From Mobula birostris (taxonomy: Eukaryota), in NCBI RefSeq assembly GCF_030028105.1, contig NC_092377.1:96974865-97038864 (forward strand): a DNA stretch of 64,000 nucleotides, in the 5' to 3' direction. The position numbers and the translations under genes were made by a program. Under the pieces are notes generated by a model that was not told the origin of the DNA, made no database searches, and was given only the letters and a program-made list of their open reading frames with translations. Below are positions 12,780 through 25,810 of this stretch, piece after piece. Numbering within the stretch: position 1 is the first letter of the stretch; every line of letters begins with the position of its first letter.

Positions 12780-13015
12780 TTATTTTATTCATTAAAAGGC
12801 ACACCACGGTAACAGGCCCTTCTGACCCAATGAGCCCATGCCACCCAATTACAACTTCGTGATCATTTAGCCTACTACCATGTACATCTTTGAATGTGGG
12901 AAGAAACTGGAACAACTCAAGGAACCCCACACAGTCACGGGGGAAAGTACAAAAATTTTAGATGGTGGCGGAATTGAACCCAGCTCGCTGGCACTCTAAA
13001 AGTGCTACACTACCA
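12780..13015 (-). mobile_element. V-SINE/HE1-like SINE
   Basis: Same conserved body as 6705-6920 (tgtgggaagaaactggaac...cacagtcacgggg...ggaattgaaccc). Confidence 0.65.
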
Positions 13016-14974
13016 TATCATCCTACAACCAAACCTTTGTACTCAGTATTTTTTTTTATGACTTTTGTAGCACGTATAGCTCCAGCCCTCGGAATATTTT
13101 CCCTTGCGACTTAATGACTTCATTTTTAACAGGTCTACTAGATACCACAATGGTCAATTGTGGCTTAATTGAGAAAACTGGAGCAGTTTCTATCAATTTG
13201 ATAATCTTATCTCCAATATCATATGAACATTTTAATCACTTTTAACAAAAATATGTAAATATACATATTCTTCATCATTGCTGTGATCCCTTGGTACAGA
13301 GATGATCCCTGCTGTGCTATGGGGGAACAGATATATGACGACTAAGAAATCGACTCCATAGTCAAAAGTTTTTCCAGAGATTTAGGGTCATAGGACCAAA
13401 GAATGATACACCACAAATACAGGCCCTTTGGTCCATCAAGTTCATGCTGACCATAGTGTCCACCCAGCAAGACCTAATTTCCTGCACTCGGTCCCTACCC
13501 CTTTGCTATGCATTACACCTCACTAATTTTTTGAGTACACATGGAATGAACCAAAATATCATAAGGCTGATTTTTGAGGTGGTTTGGATATTGGAAGAAA
13601 TCCAGGATAGCTTTCCACTTGGAAGTTCTGGCTGAACACAGCTACAATCCATTAGTTTTACTTTATGGCATTCTCATGTATGTCATAGCTGAGAATAGGA
13701 TGTTCTTGGAGCCTCCTCCTGTTAGCTGTTTAATTGTCCACGATCAAACATAATTTGATGCCACAGGACTGTAGAGCTTTGATCTGGGATATTGGCTGAG
13801 AGATCACTTAACTCTGCCCATTGCATGCTTGTTTTGTTATTTAGACTTTCTTACTAAAAGTACATTCCACATAGGTTGTCTGAATATACTTAGAAGAGGC
13901 TCAATATATCTTTCTTTCAAAACAAACAAGAAACCTTCTTTCCTATTTATATCGTATGGCTTCCTCCCCATATTACTGATGTTCGAGCAATCAATAAAAA
14001 GAATCCTCCACTCAAAACCCTTGCAAAGGGATTTGCTGAATCAACCAACAGATCTGTAGCAAAACAGTATGCAGTCACAACAGCAGTACTGTCTTCCAGA
14101 CATGATCAGTAAATCACAAAATACAAAAAAAAATCCCTATGATGTGTTACACAGAACAGTACAGCACTGTACAGGCCCTTCAGCCCATGATGATGTGGGA
14201 CATTTTAATCTACTCCAAGATCAATATAACTCCCTCCAAGTTCAAAGCCTCTTCCTAATCTGTCAAATAAATAGAATTGCTTTCTGTTCATTATTCAGTT
14301 TAAATGATTAAATTTTTTTTAACAAAGCAGGGTACTTTTTGCATAGTGGAACTGATGAAATTAATCTACATACTTATGCAAATGTGGGTGGAAAATAATA
14401 ACAAAATGAAGCATATTAACTAGTTTCATTTTTATTATTTTAATGATGTAATTTTTCCTGTTTACTAATTTACTTTTAAGTAAATTGTTTTACTCTACTG
14501 GAAATTTTAGTAGTAATCCACCTTACAGTCACAATGACATGCTAGCACAGACTTCTTGTTACAGTACAAAGGCAAGGTTTGTCAAAGGCTATTCATTTGA
14601 CATTACTACTGACCAATCTCTGTTAAGTATGGAAAATCTCAAATAGTCATCTATTGGTTAAAAAAATAGTGCAGAAACAAGCAAACTTTAACTCTTGTGC
14701 TCCTTAAATGATGGGGAACCGAATGTAGATTAAATGCTCAAGTCCAACAGATAAAGCAAGTTCTCTATGTAGTAAGAAGACAATTCCTCCGGATTACACA
14801 ACCTTGTGTGATGGCAAACAACATCCAATGAAAAGGAGAGATTGATAATTCAATATATCCATAATAATACCAAATGGTACATATGCATAGTTAGGTTTTA
14901 AAAGGTGCACAAGAAATACTTCCCTTAAATAAAAAGTTACAAAACTATGAATTGAAAGCTGTCTTTCACATAGA

Positions 14975-15930
14975 AAACAATGAGCTGGAATAAATGGGTC
15001 CATATCAGGATGGAGGGATGTTACTGGTGGGGTATTCCACAGATTAATTCTTGGTCCTCAAATATTTACAATTTACACTGATAACCTGGAGAAGAGAATG
15101 AAATGCACAGGTTCCAAGTTTGCTGATGATACAAAAATAAGTGTAAAGGCATGCCGATTTTGTATTTGGATGTAGATAAAGTGAATTACTAGTCAAAAAG
15201 CCCATGGACTTTAATATGAAGAAGTGAGAGATCACAAACTTTTGTAGGATGAATCAAAAGGTAGATTATTATCTAAATGGAAAAAGAGTGAGATCTTAGT
15301 GTTCAAATCCATGATTCAGAAAAGGTTACCAAGACTTACAAGTAATGGAGGAACAACATATTGACTTTTATTGAGAAGGTGTTAGAGTTTAAGAATAGAG
15401 AGTGTTTATTACAGTTGTACAGGGTGCTGGTGAAGTCACACTTGGAATACCAAGAATAGTTTTCACCCCTTATCTAAAAAAGGTTATCATAGCATCGGAG
15501 GCAGTCCAATGCACTAGGCTAACTCCTGGGATGACAGGATTGAACTATCAAGAGAGACTAGACAGTTTTGGTCTGTATTCTTTGGAGTTCAGAAGATTGA
15601 GGGGTGACCTTATTCAAACATATAAAATCCTAACATGGTTGACTCATGAGAGGTTCTCATCAATGGACAATTCATGAACAAGGGGACATTAATACAAAAT
15701 AAGGGTTGGGTCATTTGATTTGTATAGCAATTTCTTCTCTCGGAGTAGTGAGACCCTGGAATTTTTTGCCCGAGTATATTCGAATGATCTGGCCTCCACC
15801 TTAATGAATTTTCTGATTATGATGGAGGCCAAATCATTAGAATATAACATGTTTAAGCCATCACGGATCAGTTTTGATCATATTGATTGGTGGACTGGGC
15901 TGCAATGACCAACTCCTGCTCTTATCTTTA
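14975..15930 (+). mobile_element. Decayed CR1-like LINE RT/3' portion
   Basis: aagtttgctgatgatacaaaa encodes KFADDTK; LYSLEFRRLRGDLIQTYKIL in ORF 15402-15677. Confidence 0.75.
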
Positions 15931-16194
15931 TATGATACAAATAACTACCAACATATATTACATTATTTCTATTTATATAATTAACTAGCAAACATAGGTA
16001 TACTTAGTCAACAACTATAAACTTAGTTAAATATTAATTTGTTTTTCTAGTGATCTGAATTGTAGCATACAGCAAAAGCAAGACTTAACATTTTAACAGT
16101 ATATGCCCCTGACATCAATAAATATAATTATTGACTTCTAAAGTATTGGTTGCGTTGTGAACAGTGTAGAAGGCTGGCATAAATTTCAACAAGA

Positions 16195-16615
16195 CATTGA
16201 CAGGATGCAGAGCTAGGCTGAGAATTTGCAGATGGGGTTCAATCAAGAAAAGTATGAAATCATTCAATTTGTAAAGTTGAACATAAAGGCAGAATACAGG
16301 GTTAATGGCACGATTCATAACAGCATGGAAGAAAGCTAAACTTTATCCCAGGACATAAATGGCTAATATGAGCGAGTATAACTCTAAGATGTTTGAAGGA
16401 AAGGACAGGGGGATGTTAGAGATAGTTGTTCTTTTCTACACAGTGAGTTGTAAGTACTTGGAACATGCTGCTAGAGATTGTGGTAGAAGCAGATATATGA
16501 AGAAACACTTAGGATAGGGCACATGGATGAAAGAAAAGTGGAAGCCTATGTAGGAGAGGAGGGTTAGATTGATCTCAAAGGGTTTATGTTGTGTTGTGCA
16601 GTTCTATGTTCTGTG
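16195..16615 (+). mobile_element. Decayed CR1-like 3' fragment
   Basis: ggctgagaatttgcagatgg...tggtagaagcagata...ttctatgttctgtg tail resembles 30850-30975. Confidence 0.55.
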
Positions 16616-17499
16616 ATCTAAGTTCTAAAATACTGTACTTCAAATAAGGAGGGACGGAACAGACGACTCAAACTTTTATACTCTTATACATAAACATGAA
16701 TAAATTGCACTAGAGCTAACATTGAGAAATGCATACAACTTTTAAAACTTGCACCTGATGAACAACTATGGTAGACAATCATACCTCATCTTCAAAATAC
16801 TCATATGTCTTATAAAAACAAGAACAAATTTTAACAATTTCCATCTTCTTGCCTCCATGTCTGCTCTATTTCACAAGTTTCACTGCAGCCCCTCAGACAC
16901 AATTCTTCCTTTTTTTCTGTTCACCTCTTGACCTTTCCTCTGTGGATGGCTTCCAGTTTCACAACCTCGCCACCACATTTCTCAGTCTCTTCTTCACCAT
17001 GGCAACAGTCTAAGAAATACATCAGTAAACTTATCTTTAAATTTCTTCACAATCCCCCTTTGTGGGATTCCAAATTGAGTCTTAATCAGGCCATTTTTTG
17101 CCCTGTAAACGGAAGCTTTGTCAACCAGCACTTTTCACCAAAATCTGTGCAGTTGCTTCCACAAATGTAGAAGTACTGAAGATCACTGAATTGGCTTCAT
17201 TACAACTCCCTGCATCAAACTTCTCATCTTCCATAATTCAAGTCAACGTCTGTAATGGAGTATTAGCCATCATTATAACATATTGCTGAACTGGCTGTCC
17301 TATATCATTTAAGCAACTCAATAACAACTTCTATACTGGTCTCCACTGAAGATTATGAATATTCCACTGCTCAAGAGATACAATATCACTTTCTCCATCA
17401 CACTATAGATTCCTACTGCGCATCTAAGATTTTTCAACATGCTAGGACACGTCAGCCTAATCTACAGTTCTGGATCTTTTGAAGGAACACCCATACTTA

Positions 17500-18205
17500 G
17501 GATGTTCCTTCACCTTGTCCAATCGCTTAGCTGTACTTCTACTCCCAGTCTATAAGCAGAAACTGAACAGCATAACACCAGTCGTGAGGACGATGAAGGT
17601 ATGGTCAAGAGGAAGGACATTTATAGGGCTGCTTTGAATCAGTGGATTGGACCATAATTGGGCAACAGATTTGGATCAGATTAAACATGCCACAATTGTC
17701 AAAAACTTCATCAAGACCTCCATGGAAGAGTGTGTGCCTTCAAGAACTTTCTGAATATACACAAACCAGAAGGTGTGGATGAATTAGGAGATTCACATTT
17801 TGCTAAGGGCTGGATCTGTGACTTTTATGGCCAACAATGAAGAACCCTTCAATAAGTTCAGGTATGACAAATGGAAGGCCATTGTGAGAACAGAAAGGCA
17901 ATTCTGTGTGAAGTTAGAGACAGAATCTCTATTCAGTATGTCAACTGTGGCAGGGTTTACTGCCATTACTTTCCATAACATGAAACCTAACAGCCCCAAT
18001 GAGCTCAATGCCTTTTATGCACCCTTTGCTTGGGAGAATAATACTACTCCTGTGACAGTCCCCACAGTATTTGTAATCTGTATCTCAGAAGCTAACATGA
18101 GAACATCCATCAAGGGGTGAACACTCACAACGCATCAGGGTACTGAAAACTGTGCAAGTTAATTGGCTGGACTGTTGAAGGACTCCTTCAGTCTTTCACT
18201 GCACA
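17500..18205 (+). mobile_element. Decayed Rex/Babar-type LINE, endonuclease-RT linker region
   Basis: Similar to 62090-62236 (ctggctgtacttct...tgctttgaat..gtggactgg); PNELNAFYAPF motif as at 430-460. Confidence 0.65.
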
Positions 18206-20030
18206 GCTCAAAAGCCGTGAATTCCATAGATTCACCACTCTCTGTCTGAAGAAACTTCTTCTCATCTCTGTTCTAATGGGATGTCCTGTTATTCACAGGC
18301 TTGCCCTCTGGTCTTAGGCTCCCCTGCTATAGGAAACTTTCTCTCATGTCCACTCTATCCAGGCATTTCAATTTCAGGAGATAACATTACCATCATTTAA
18401 TTTTACCATCATATCTTATTCCCTCAGTTACCTCACTAACTTCCCTCTCCATGCATCTATATTATTTATCAGATTCTAAATGTGTCTATATAATTCATCT
18501 CAACAAGATCATGTGGGACTGAGTTTGACATTTTTACCAATCTAAGTAAAAAAGCTTCTCATAAATTGTTTCTGACTAGTGACTTTCCTATATTTATAAA
18601 ATGTGATTGGACTTCATTTAACAATATATGCTTACTGATTTAATTTTAAACATTTGTTTAGCTTTACAGTCAGCTTTCATTTGTAGCTGTAAGCAAGTAG
18701 TTACCAGTTAGCTGCCTGTCACCCACTAAATTAAGAACTGAGGTTACTAAGATGATTCAGAATTTGTAGCATCTAAGATAATAAATCTGGATTCTACTAA
18801 AGTACAGTGTACAGAATCTACTGAGCGCAGTGCCTACAGAGCAAGGGACCTCAGTAAGAAAGGACAAGGTGTATTTTTTAATCTAAATAATTAAATAAAT
18901 TTAAATAGTTTCCAACAAGTGGGCTCACCCTAAAGGAAAGAAGTAATGCAGGACCTCTCAGATACCTTCGGTGCAACGTGGAAACTCAAGGACATGTCCA
19001 GTCTATTGAGATGAATGGGAATGTCATGAGCAGCATATTCAGTCAGACCACAGTCCAGGAAAGAAGAATCAGATGAAATAAGTCACTGATGGAAAAGTGA
19101 AAACAAGCTGGTAGGTAGTTCAGCAGACCCTAGAGCATCTTTCTCTCGAAAGTTTTGAATACTGATGGGTTAGGCCATGAGTAGAAACCATCAGGTAGTA
19201 AGTTCAAGAGACCCAAGGACATCTTGTTCTCTAACCAGCATTTGGTTCTGAATACAGATGGTGAAGAGGGTTCTCTGCAGAGTGCAACTACAACCAACAC
19301 TATAACATCAGGGCAGCTCCGCAGCACAGGAAGGAAGGAGAAAGGTCAAGACAACAACAGTTCCGAGGATTCTATATTTATGGCTGTAGACAGGCATTTC
19401 TACCATCACAGATGTAATTCCTAAATGGTATACTGCCTCCTTGATTTCAGCACCAAGGGTAACAGAGAGTGGCTGCAGAATATTCTGGAAGTGGTTGGGG
19501 GGGGAGGGGTTAAATAGTTATGAGGTTAAGTTCATATCAGTACCAATGACGCAAATGGGAAAAGGGGTGATGTTCTGCAGATACATTTTATGCAGTCGGG
19601 AAATAAGCAGGAGGATCTTAAAAGTAGAAATTCCAAATTACTTTTGAAGCCACGCGCCAGTGAGTATAGAAATAAAGGTTTAGTGCCAATTAATGGGTGC
19701 TTGAAAATATGGTGCAAGGAAAGCGATTGTGATTCATGGATTAATGGGACTGTTCTGGGGAGGGTGAAATTTATGCAGAACAGTTGGACTGCATGTGAAC
19801 AGGACTGGAACAAATATCCTTGTGGGGAAGGTTCCCTGTTTCGCAGGGAGATAGGAATCTGAGCATAGATTCAGAGGGAGAAAAGCAAAACTAGAAATGG
19901 AAGGCAGAAAATAAATCAGAGTTTGAAACATAAAGTAAACAAAAATTAGAAAATACAAAGAAAAGGCATCTTAATGCAAATTAAGAAAAGGAGTCTTTGT
20001 TTAATGCAAAAGGAATTATGAGTATGGCAG

Positions 20031-20717
20031 CAACACACATCAAAATTGCTGGTGAACGCAGCAGGCCAGGCAGCATCTCTAGGAAGAGGTACAGTCGACG
20101 TTTCGGGCCGAGACCCTTCGTCAGGACTAATTGAAGGAAGAGCTAGTAAGAGATTTGAAAGTGGGAGGGGGAGGGGGAGATCCAAAATGATAGGAGAAGA
20201 CAGGAGGGGGAGGGATGGAGCCAAGAGCTGGGCAGGTGATTGGCAAAAGGGATATGAGAGGATCATGGGACAGGAGGCCCAGGGAGAAGGAAAAGGGGGG
20301 GGGGACCCAGAGGATGGGCAAAGGGTACAGTCAGAGGGACAGAGGGAGAAAAAGGAGAGAGAGAGAAAGAATGTGTGTATATAAATAAATAACGGATGGG
20401 GTACGAGTGGGAGGTGGGGCATTAGTGGAAGTTTGAGAAGTCAATGTTCATGCCACCAGGTTGGAGGCTACCCAGACGGAATATAAGGTGTTGTTCCTCC
20501 AACCAGAGTGTGGCTTCATCTTTACAGTAGAGGAGGCCGTGGATAGACATATCAGAATGGGAATGGGATGTGGAATTACAATGTGTGGCCACCGGGAGAT
20601 CCTGCTTCTCGGCCCGAAATGTCGACTGTACCTAGAGATGCTGCCTGGCCTGCTGCGTTCACCAGCAACTTTGATGTGTGTTGCTTGAATTTCCTGCATC
20701 TGCAGAATTCCTCGTGT
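20031..20717 (-). mobile_element. Penelope-like insertion: pLTR plus GIY-YIG C-terminus (minus) followed by a short inverted pLTR end (plus); 15-bp target-site duplication
   Basis: TTATGAGTATGGCAG at 20016-20030 and 20718-20732; body matches 21960-22550; orientation switch at ~20605. Confidence 0.92.
20093..20128 (-). ncRNA. Minimal type-I hammerhead ribozyme motif, intact core
   Basis: Reverse complement: agtc CTGACGA a gggt ctcg gccc GAAA cgtc gact. Confidence 0.82.
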
Positions 20718-22026
20718 TTATGAGTATGGCAGATGAGTTTAGGGCACTGATGAACACAGCAAAGTATGGTATTAAATTCATTACTGTAAAGTAGCTTAAT
20801 GGGAGGAAGAGCTGCAAGTGAAACAGGTAGATGGGAATATAAGTAAAAGATAATGTCTTGGTTGTGAGAAGTATGTTCGAAGAATCTGTAAGTGCGGTCC
20901 TATAGTTTGAACTCAAGTACAAAAAGAGGAAGAAGTCAGAAAATCAATTGACAATGACTGGATAATTTCAATTACTCTAATATTAACTTGGATACCAAGA
21001 TTATAAAGGAATAGAGGGCATAGAGTTCCCAAAGTGCATTCAAGAGTACTATTTTATCCAGTAATGTAGCAAACCTAACAAAGCAGGTGGGGGGGTTGAT
21101 CCTGGGAGAGTACTTTTGTAGTGTTGATTACAATTCAGCTAAATTTAACACAGTTGTGAAAAAAGAACTAAGATAAACTCATGAGTATAGATGTTAAATG
21201 TGCATCAATGAGAGGTTCTTGAAACAGTATGTCTGCATCCAGGAGGAGGGTTTCCAGAGAGGGAAAAAACATACTGGTCTTGCTTTTGGGAAATGATCCA
21301 GGCCAGGTGACAAACCTGATAGTGGGTGAACATTTTGGGAATAATGACCACAACTCATCATGTTTTATGACAATTATGATTAAGAATAAAATCTGACTTT
21401 GCAGAAAGTTAGGGGAGGGAAAGTTATGACAGGATAAGACAGGAGTTAGGGAGCATTGATCAGGAAATCCACATCTGACATGTGGGAGTTATTTAAAGAG
21501 TAGCTGATCAGAGTTGAGGATCAGCATGTTCCAATAAGAAGCAAGGACAAGGGTGATAAAGTTAGGGAGGCTTAGAATACCTGAGACGTCCTGAATTTAG
21601 TCGGAAGGAAAAGGAAGCATATGTAAGGTTTAGGAAGCTAAACCAGACTGAGAATCCTTGTAGAATAAAAAGAAAGCAGTGAAGTACTCAATCAGGCAAT
21701 TATGTCGGCCAAAAGGGAATACGAAATGTTCTTGATGAGCAGGATGAAGGAGAATCTCAAGATATTTTATACTTCTATTAAGAAAAAGAGGATAACTAAG
21801 GGGAAGATAGGTCCACTCAAGAGTAAAGGAGGGAATTTCTGCTCGGAGTCAAAACAAGTGGCTGAAATACTCGTTGAGTACTTTGCATTGGTGTTTACCT
21901 AGAAGGATTTGGAAGATAGTGAAAACAGAAACAACAGGAATTCTGCAGATGCTGGAAATTCAAGCAACACACATCAAAGTTGCTGGTGAACGCAGCAGGC
22001 CAGGCAGCATCTCTAGGAAGAGGTGC

Positions 22027-22062
22027 AGTCGACGTTTCAGGCCGAGACCCTTCGTCAGGACT
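22027..22062 (-). ncRNA. Minimal type-I hammerhead ribozyme motif, core intact, one G-U pair at the base of stem II
   Basis: Reverse complement: agtc CTGACGA a gggt ctcg gcct GAAA cgtc gact; same sense as the PLE ORF and ~300 nt downstream of its stop codon. Confidence 0.8.
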
Positions 22063-22359
22063 AACTGAAGGAAGAGTGAGTAAGGGATTTGAAAGTTGGA
22101 GGGGGAGGGGGAGATCCAAAATGATAGGTGAAGACAGGAGGGGGAGGGATAGAGCCAAGAGCTGGACAGGTGATAGGCAAAAGGAGATACGAGAGGATCA
22201 TGGGACAGGAGGTCCGGGAAGAAAGACGGGGGGGGGGGGGGGGACCCAGAGGATGGGCAAGAGGTATATTCAGAGGGACAGAGGGAGAAAAAGGAGAGTG
22301 AGAGAAAGAATGCGTGCATAAAAATAAGTAACAGATGGGGTACGAGGGGGAGGTGGGGC

Positions 22360-24258
22360 CTAGCGGAAGTTAGAGAAGTCGATGTTCATGCCATCAGGTT
22401 GGAGGCTACCCAGACGGAATATAAGGTGTTGTTCCTCCAACCTGAGTGTGGCTTCATCTTTACAGTAGAGGAGACCGTGGATAGACATGTCAGAATGGGA
22501 ATGGGATGTGGAATTAAAATGTGTGGCCACTGGGAGATCCTGCTTTCTCTGGCGGACAGAGCGTAGATGTTCAGCAAAGCGGTCTCCCAGTCTGCGTTGG
22601 GTCTCGCCAATATATAAAAGGCCACATCGGGAGCACCGGACGCAGTATATCACCCCAGTCGACTCACAGGTGAAGTGTTGCCTCACCTGGAAGGACTGTT
22701 TGGGGCCTTGAATGGTGGTAAGGGAGGAAGTGTAAGGGCATGTGTAGCACTTGTTCCGCTTACACGGATAAGTGCCAGGGGGGAGATCAGTAGGGAGGGA
22801 TGGGGGGGACGAATGGACAAGGGAGTTGTGTAGGGAGCGATCCCTACGGAATGCAGAGAGAGGGGGGGAGGGAAAGATGTGCTTAGTGGTGGGATCCCGT
22901 TGGAGGTGGCGGAAGTTACGGAGAATAATATGTTGGACCCGGAGGCTGGTGGGGTGGTAGGTGAGGACCAGGGGAACCCTATTCCTAGTGGGGTGGCGGG
23001 CGGATGGAGTGAGAGCAGATATACGTGAAATGGGGGAGATGCGTTTAAGAGCAGAGTTGATAGTGGAGGAAGGGAAGCCCCTTTCTTTAAAAAAGGAAAA
23101 CATCTCCCTCGTCCTTGAATGAAAAGCCTCATCCTGAGAGCAGATGCGGTGGAGATGGAGGAATTGCGAGAAGGGGATGGCGTTTTTGCAAGAGACAGGG
23201 TGAGAAGAGGAATAGTCCAGATAGCTGTGAGAGTCAGTAGGCTTATAGTAGACATCAGTGGATAAGCTGTCTCCAGAGACAGAGACAGAAAGATCTAGAA
23301 AGGGGAGGGAGGTGTCGGAAATGGACCAGGTAAACTTGAGGGCAGGCTGAAAGTTGGAGGCAAAGTTAATAAAGTCAATGAGTTCTGCATGCGTGCAGGA
23401 AGCAGCGCCAATGCAGTCGTCGATGTAGCGAAGGAAAAGTGGGGGACAGATACCAGAATAGGCACGCAACATAGATTGTTCCACAAACCCAACAAACAGG
23501 CAGGCATAGCTAGGACCCATACGGGTGCCCATAGCTACACCTTTAGTTTGGAGGAAGTGGGAGGAGCCAAAGGAGAAATTATTAAGAGTAAGGACTAATT
23601 CCGCTAGACAGAGCAGAGTGGTGGTAGAGGGGAACTGATTAGGTCTGGAATCCAAAAAGAAGCGTAGAGCTTTGAGACCTTCCTGATGGGGGATGGAAGT
23701 ATATAAGGACTGGACATCCATGGTGAAAATAAAGCGGTGGGGGCCAGGGAACTTAAAGTCATCGAAAGGTTTAAGAGCGTGAGAAGTGTCACGAACATAG
23801 GTCGGAAGGGATTGAACAAGGGGTGATAAAACAGTGTCGAGGTATGCAGAAATGAGTTCGGTGGGGCAGGAGCAAGCTGAGACAATAGGTCGCCAGGACA
23901 GGCAGGTTTGTGGATCTTGGGTAGGAGGTAGAAACGGGAAGTGCGGGGTGTGGGAACTATAAGGTTGGTAGCAGTGGATGGGAGATTCCCTGAGCGGATA
24001 AAGTCGGTGATGGTGTGGGAGACAATGGCCTGGTGCTCCTTAGTGGGGTCACGATCGAGGGATAAATAAGAGGAGGTATCCGTGAGTTGTCGCTGTGCCT
24101 CGGCAAGGTAGGGGTCAGTACGCCAGACTACAACAGCACCCCCCTTATCGGCGGGTTTAATAATAAGGTTAGGATTAGTGCGAGGGAGTGGAGAGCAGAG
24201 CGTTCCGAAGGAGTGAGGTTGTAATGGGGACAAGGTGCCGTAAAGTCGAGACGGTTGA
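22360..24258 (-). pseudogene. Penelope RT/GIY-YIG polyprotein, 5'-truncated, one frameshift near 23891; 453-aa C-terminal part open
   Basis: IIKPADKGGAVVV, YLLPKIHK, MDVQSLYTSIP, GVAMGTRMGPSYA, LRYIDD, FLDL, linker CKRNKCYTC, GVIYCVRCSRCGLLYIGET...RFAEH...VATHF. Confidence 0.93.
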
Positions 24259-24823
24259 TGAAAACAGAGTAGGGCAAGCTAATGCGCTGGGATATTTTAA
24301 GATTAATTAAGATTTCTCAGTGCTGGGTCTTCTATAAAAAAATTATGGTGGATAAGTTCCCAGAAGGTGATGGTATATATCCCAAAATATCGAAAGAAGC
24401 AAGTGAGGATATACTTGGGGTGTTGACAAATATATTTCTGCCCTCACTAGCAACAAGTGAGATTGCAAAGGACTGGAGAGTAGCAAATTTGAGTCTTTGT
24501 TAAAGAAAGGAAATAGGGATAATCCAGGTAGTTACACGCATAAACCAGTGAGCCTCGCATCAGTGGCAGAGAAGCTATTTGTTAGGGTTTATATGCACTT
24601 GGTAAGGCATGGCTTCCTCAGGGACTGTCAGCATGGCTGTGTAGGATAGCTCATGCTATACAAATATGACATTTTTTGAGAAGATGACAAAGGAGCTTGA
24701 TGAGGATAAAGAAGAGCATATTTTCTACATGTACATGGGTTGATAAGTAAGTTTGCAAATGACATCAAGTTTGATGAAGTTGTGAGCAGTGTAAAGGACC
24801 ACCAAAGAAAACAGCGGAATATA

Positions 24824-25355
24824 TACTCAGTGGCCACTTTATTAGGTATAGGAGGTACCGAATAAAATGGCCACTGAGCATATTCTGGATGTCTGTTGCC
24901 TTCTCCTGTTGTAGCCCATCCACTTCAAGGCTCAACGTGTTGTGCATTGAGAGATGCTCTTTCCACAGCACGGTTGTTACACATCGTTATTTGAGTTACT
25001 GTCGCCTTCTTGTCAGCTTTAATCAGTCTGGCTATTCTCCTCTGACATCTCTCATTAACTAGATGCTTTTGCCCACAGAACTGGATTTTTTTTTTTGCTT
25101 TTCGCACCATTCTCTATAAACTCTAGGAACTGTTGTGCATGAAAATCTCACGAAATCAGCAGTTTTTGAGATACTCAAACCACCTCGTCTGGCACCAACA
25201 ATCATTCCATGGTCAAAGTCACTTAGAGCAGATCTTTTCCCCATTCTGCTGTTTGGTTTGAACAACAACTGAACCCCTTGACAATGTCAGCATGCTTTCA
25301 TGCATTAGGTTGCTGTTACATAATAGGCTGATTAGATATTTGTATTAACGAGCAA
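24824..25355 (-). mobile_element. Tc1-like DNA transposon remnant (N-terminal HTH region of the transposase)
   Basis: MGKRSALSDFDHGMIVGARRGGLSISKTADF...; LVNERCQRRIARLIKADKKATVTQIT; terminal ctcagtggccactttattaggta after TA, with an inverted copy at 24855-24878. Confidence 0.85.
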
Positions 25356-25416
25356 GAAGCAGAGCTGGGTTGGTTCTGGAAGAGTTCGTCTGTGTTGGTG
25401 AGTACAATTTTGTTAA

Positions 25417-25810
25417 CACAATTGTGGCAAAGGACTAAGAATAATTAAGAATTAAGATATTAAATGTGCATGCACGAAGGGTTCTTGAAACAGTATGTCT
25501 GCATCCAAGAGGGTTTCCTGAAATAGTATATGGAAAGTCCAACTACAGGAATAAACATACTGAACCTGCTTTCAGGAAATAAGCCAGGCCAGAAACAAAC
25601 CTAAGAGTGGGTGAACCTATTGGGAATAGTGACCACAACTCATCATGTTTTACGATAGTTATGATTAAGAATAAAAGTGGACCTTATAGGAAGTTACAAA
25701 ACTAGGGGAGTGCAAATTATGACAGGATAAGACAAGAGTTAGGGGCCATTGATTGAAAAATCCATATCTGACATGTGGGAGTTGTTTAAAGACTAGCTAA
25801 TCAAAAGTTC
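25417..25810 (+). repeat. Diverged second copy of the CR1-derived segment at ~21149-21520
   Basis: Shared strings ttaaatgtgcat, ggttcttgaaacagtatgtctgcatcca, gaccacaactcatcatgtttta, ttatgacaggataagaca, atctgacatgtgggagtt. Confidence 0.75.

Larger units (their letters stand above)
21930..24258 (-). mobile_element. Penelope-like retroelement (Neptune-type), 5'-truncated, with 3' pLTR and 10-bp TSD
   Basis: TGAAAACAGA at 21920-21929 and 24259-24268; RT plus GIY-YIG ORF; hammerhead in the pLTR. Confidence 0.95.
18940..24820 (+). mobile_element. Long decayed CR1-like LINE (ORF1, endonuclease and RT remnants) split by two Penelope insertions
   Basis: ORF1-like piece ~19330-19620; gggaataatgaccacaactc (endonuclease SDH region); KEYEMFLMSRMKENLKIFYTSIKKKRITKGKIGPLK (21702-21902); continues after 24259 with DGIYPKISKEA...DWRVAN and aagtttgcaaatgacatc. 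Confidence 0.7.

Noticed and set aside
22683-23255. 190-aa alternative-frame ORF (also at 44419 and 63361) overlapping the PLE ORF
   Set aside because: Shadow frame of a C-rich, stop-poor coding strand; it recurs only because the copies are nearly identical.
24826-24878. Palindrome ctcagtggccactttattaggta...taccgaataaaatggccactgag
   Set aside because: Explained by the terminal and internal repeats of the Tc1 element, not an independent RNA.
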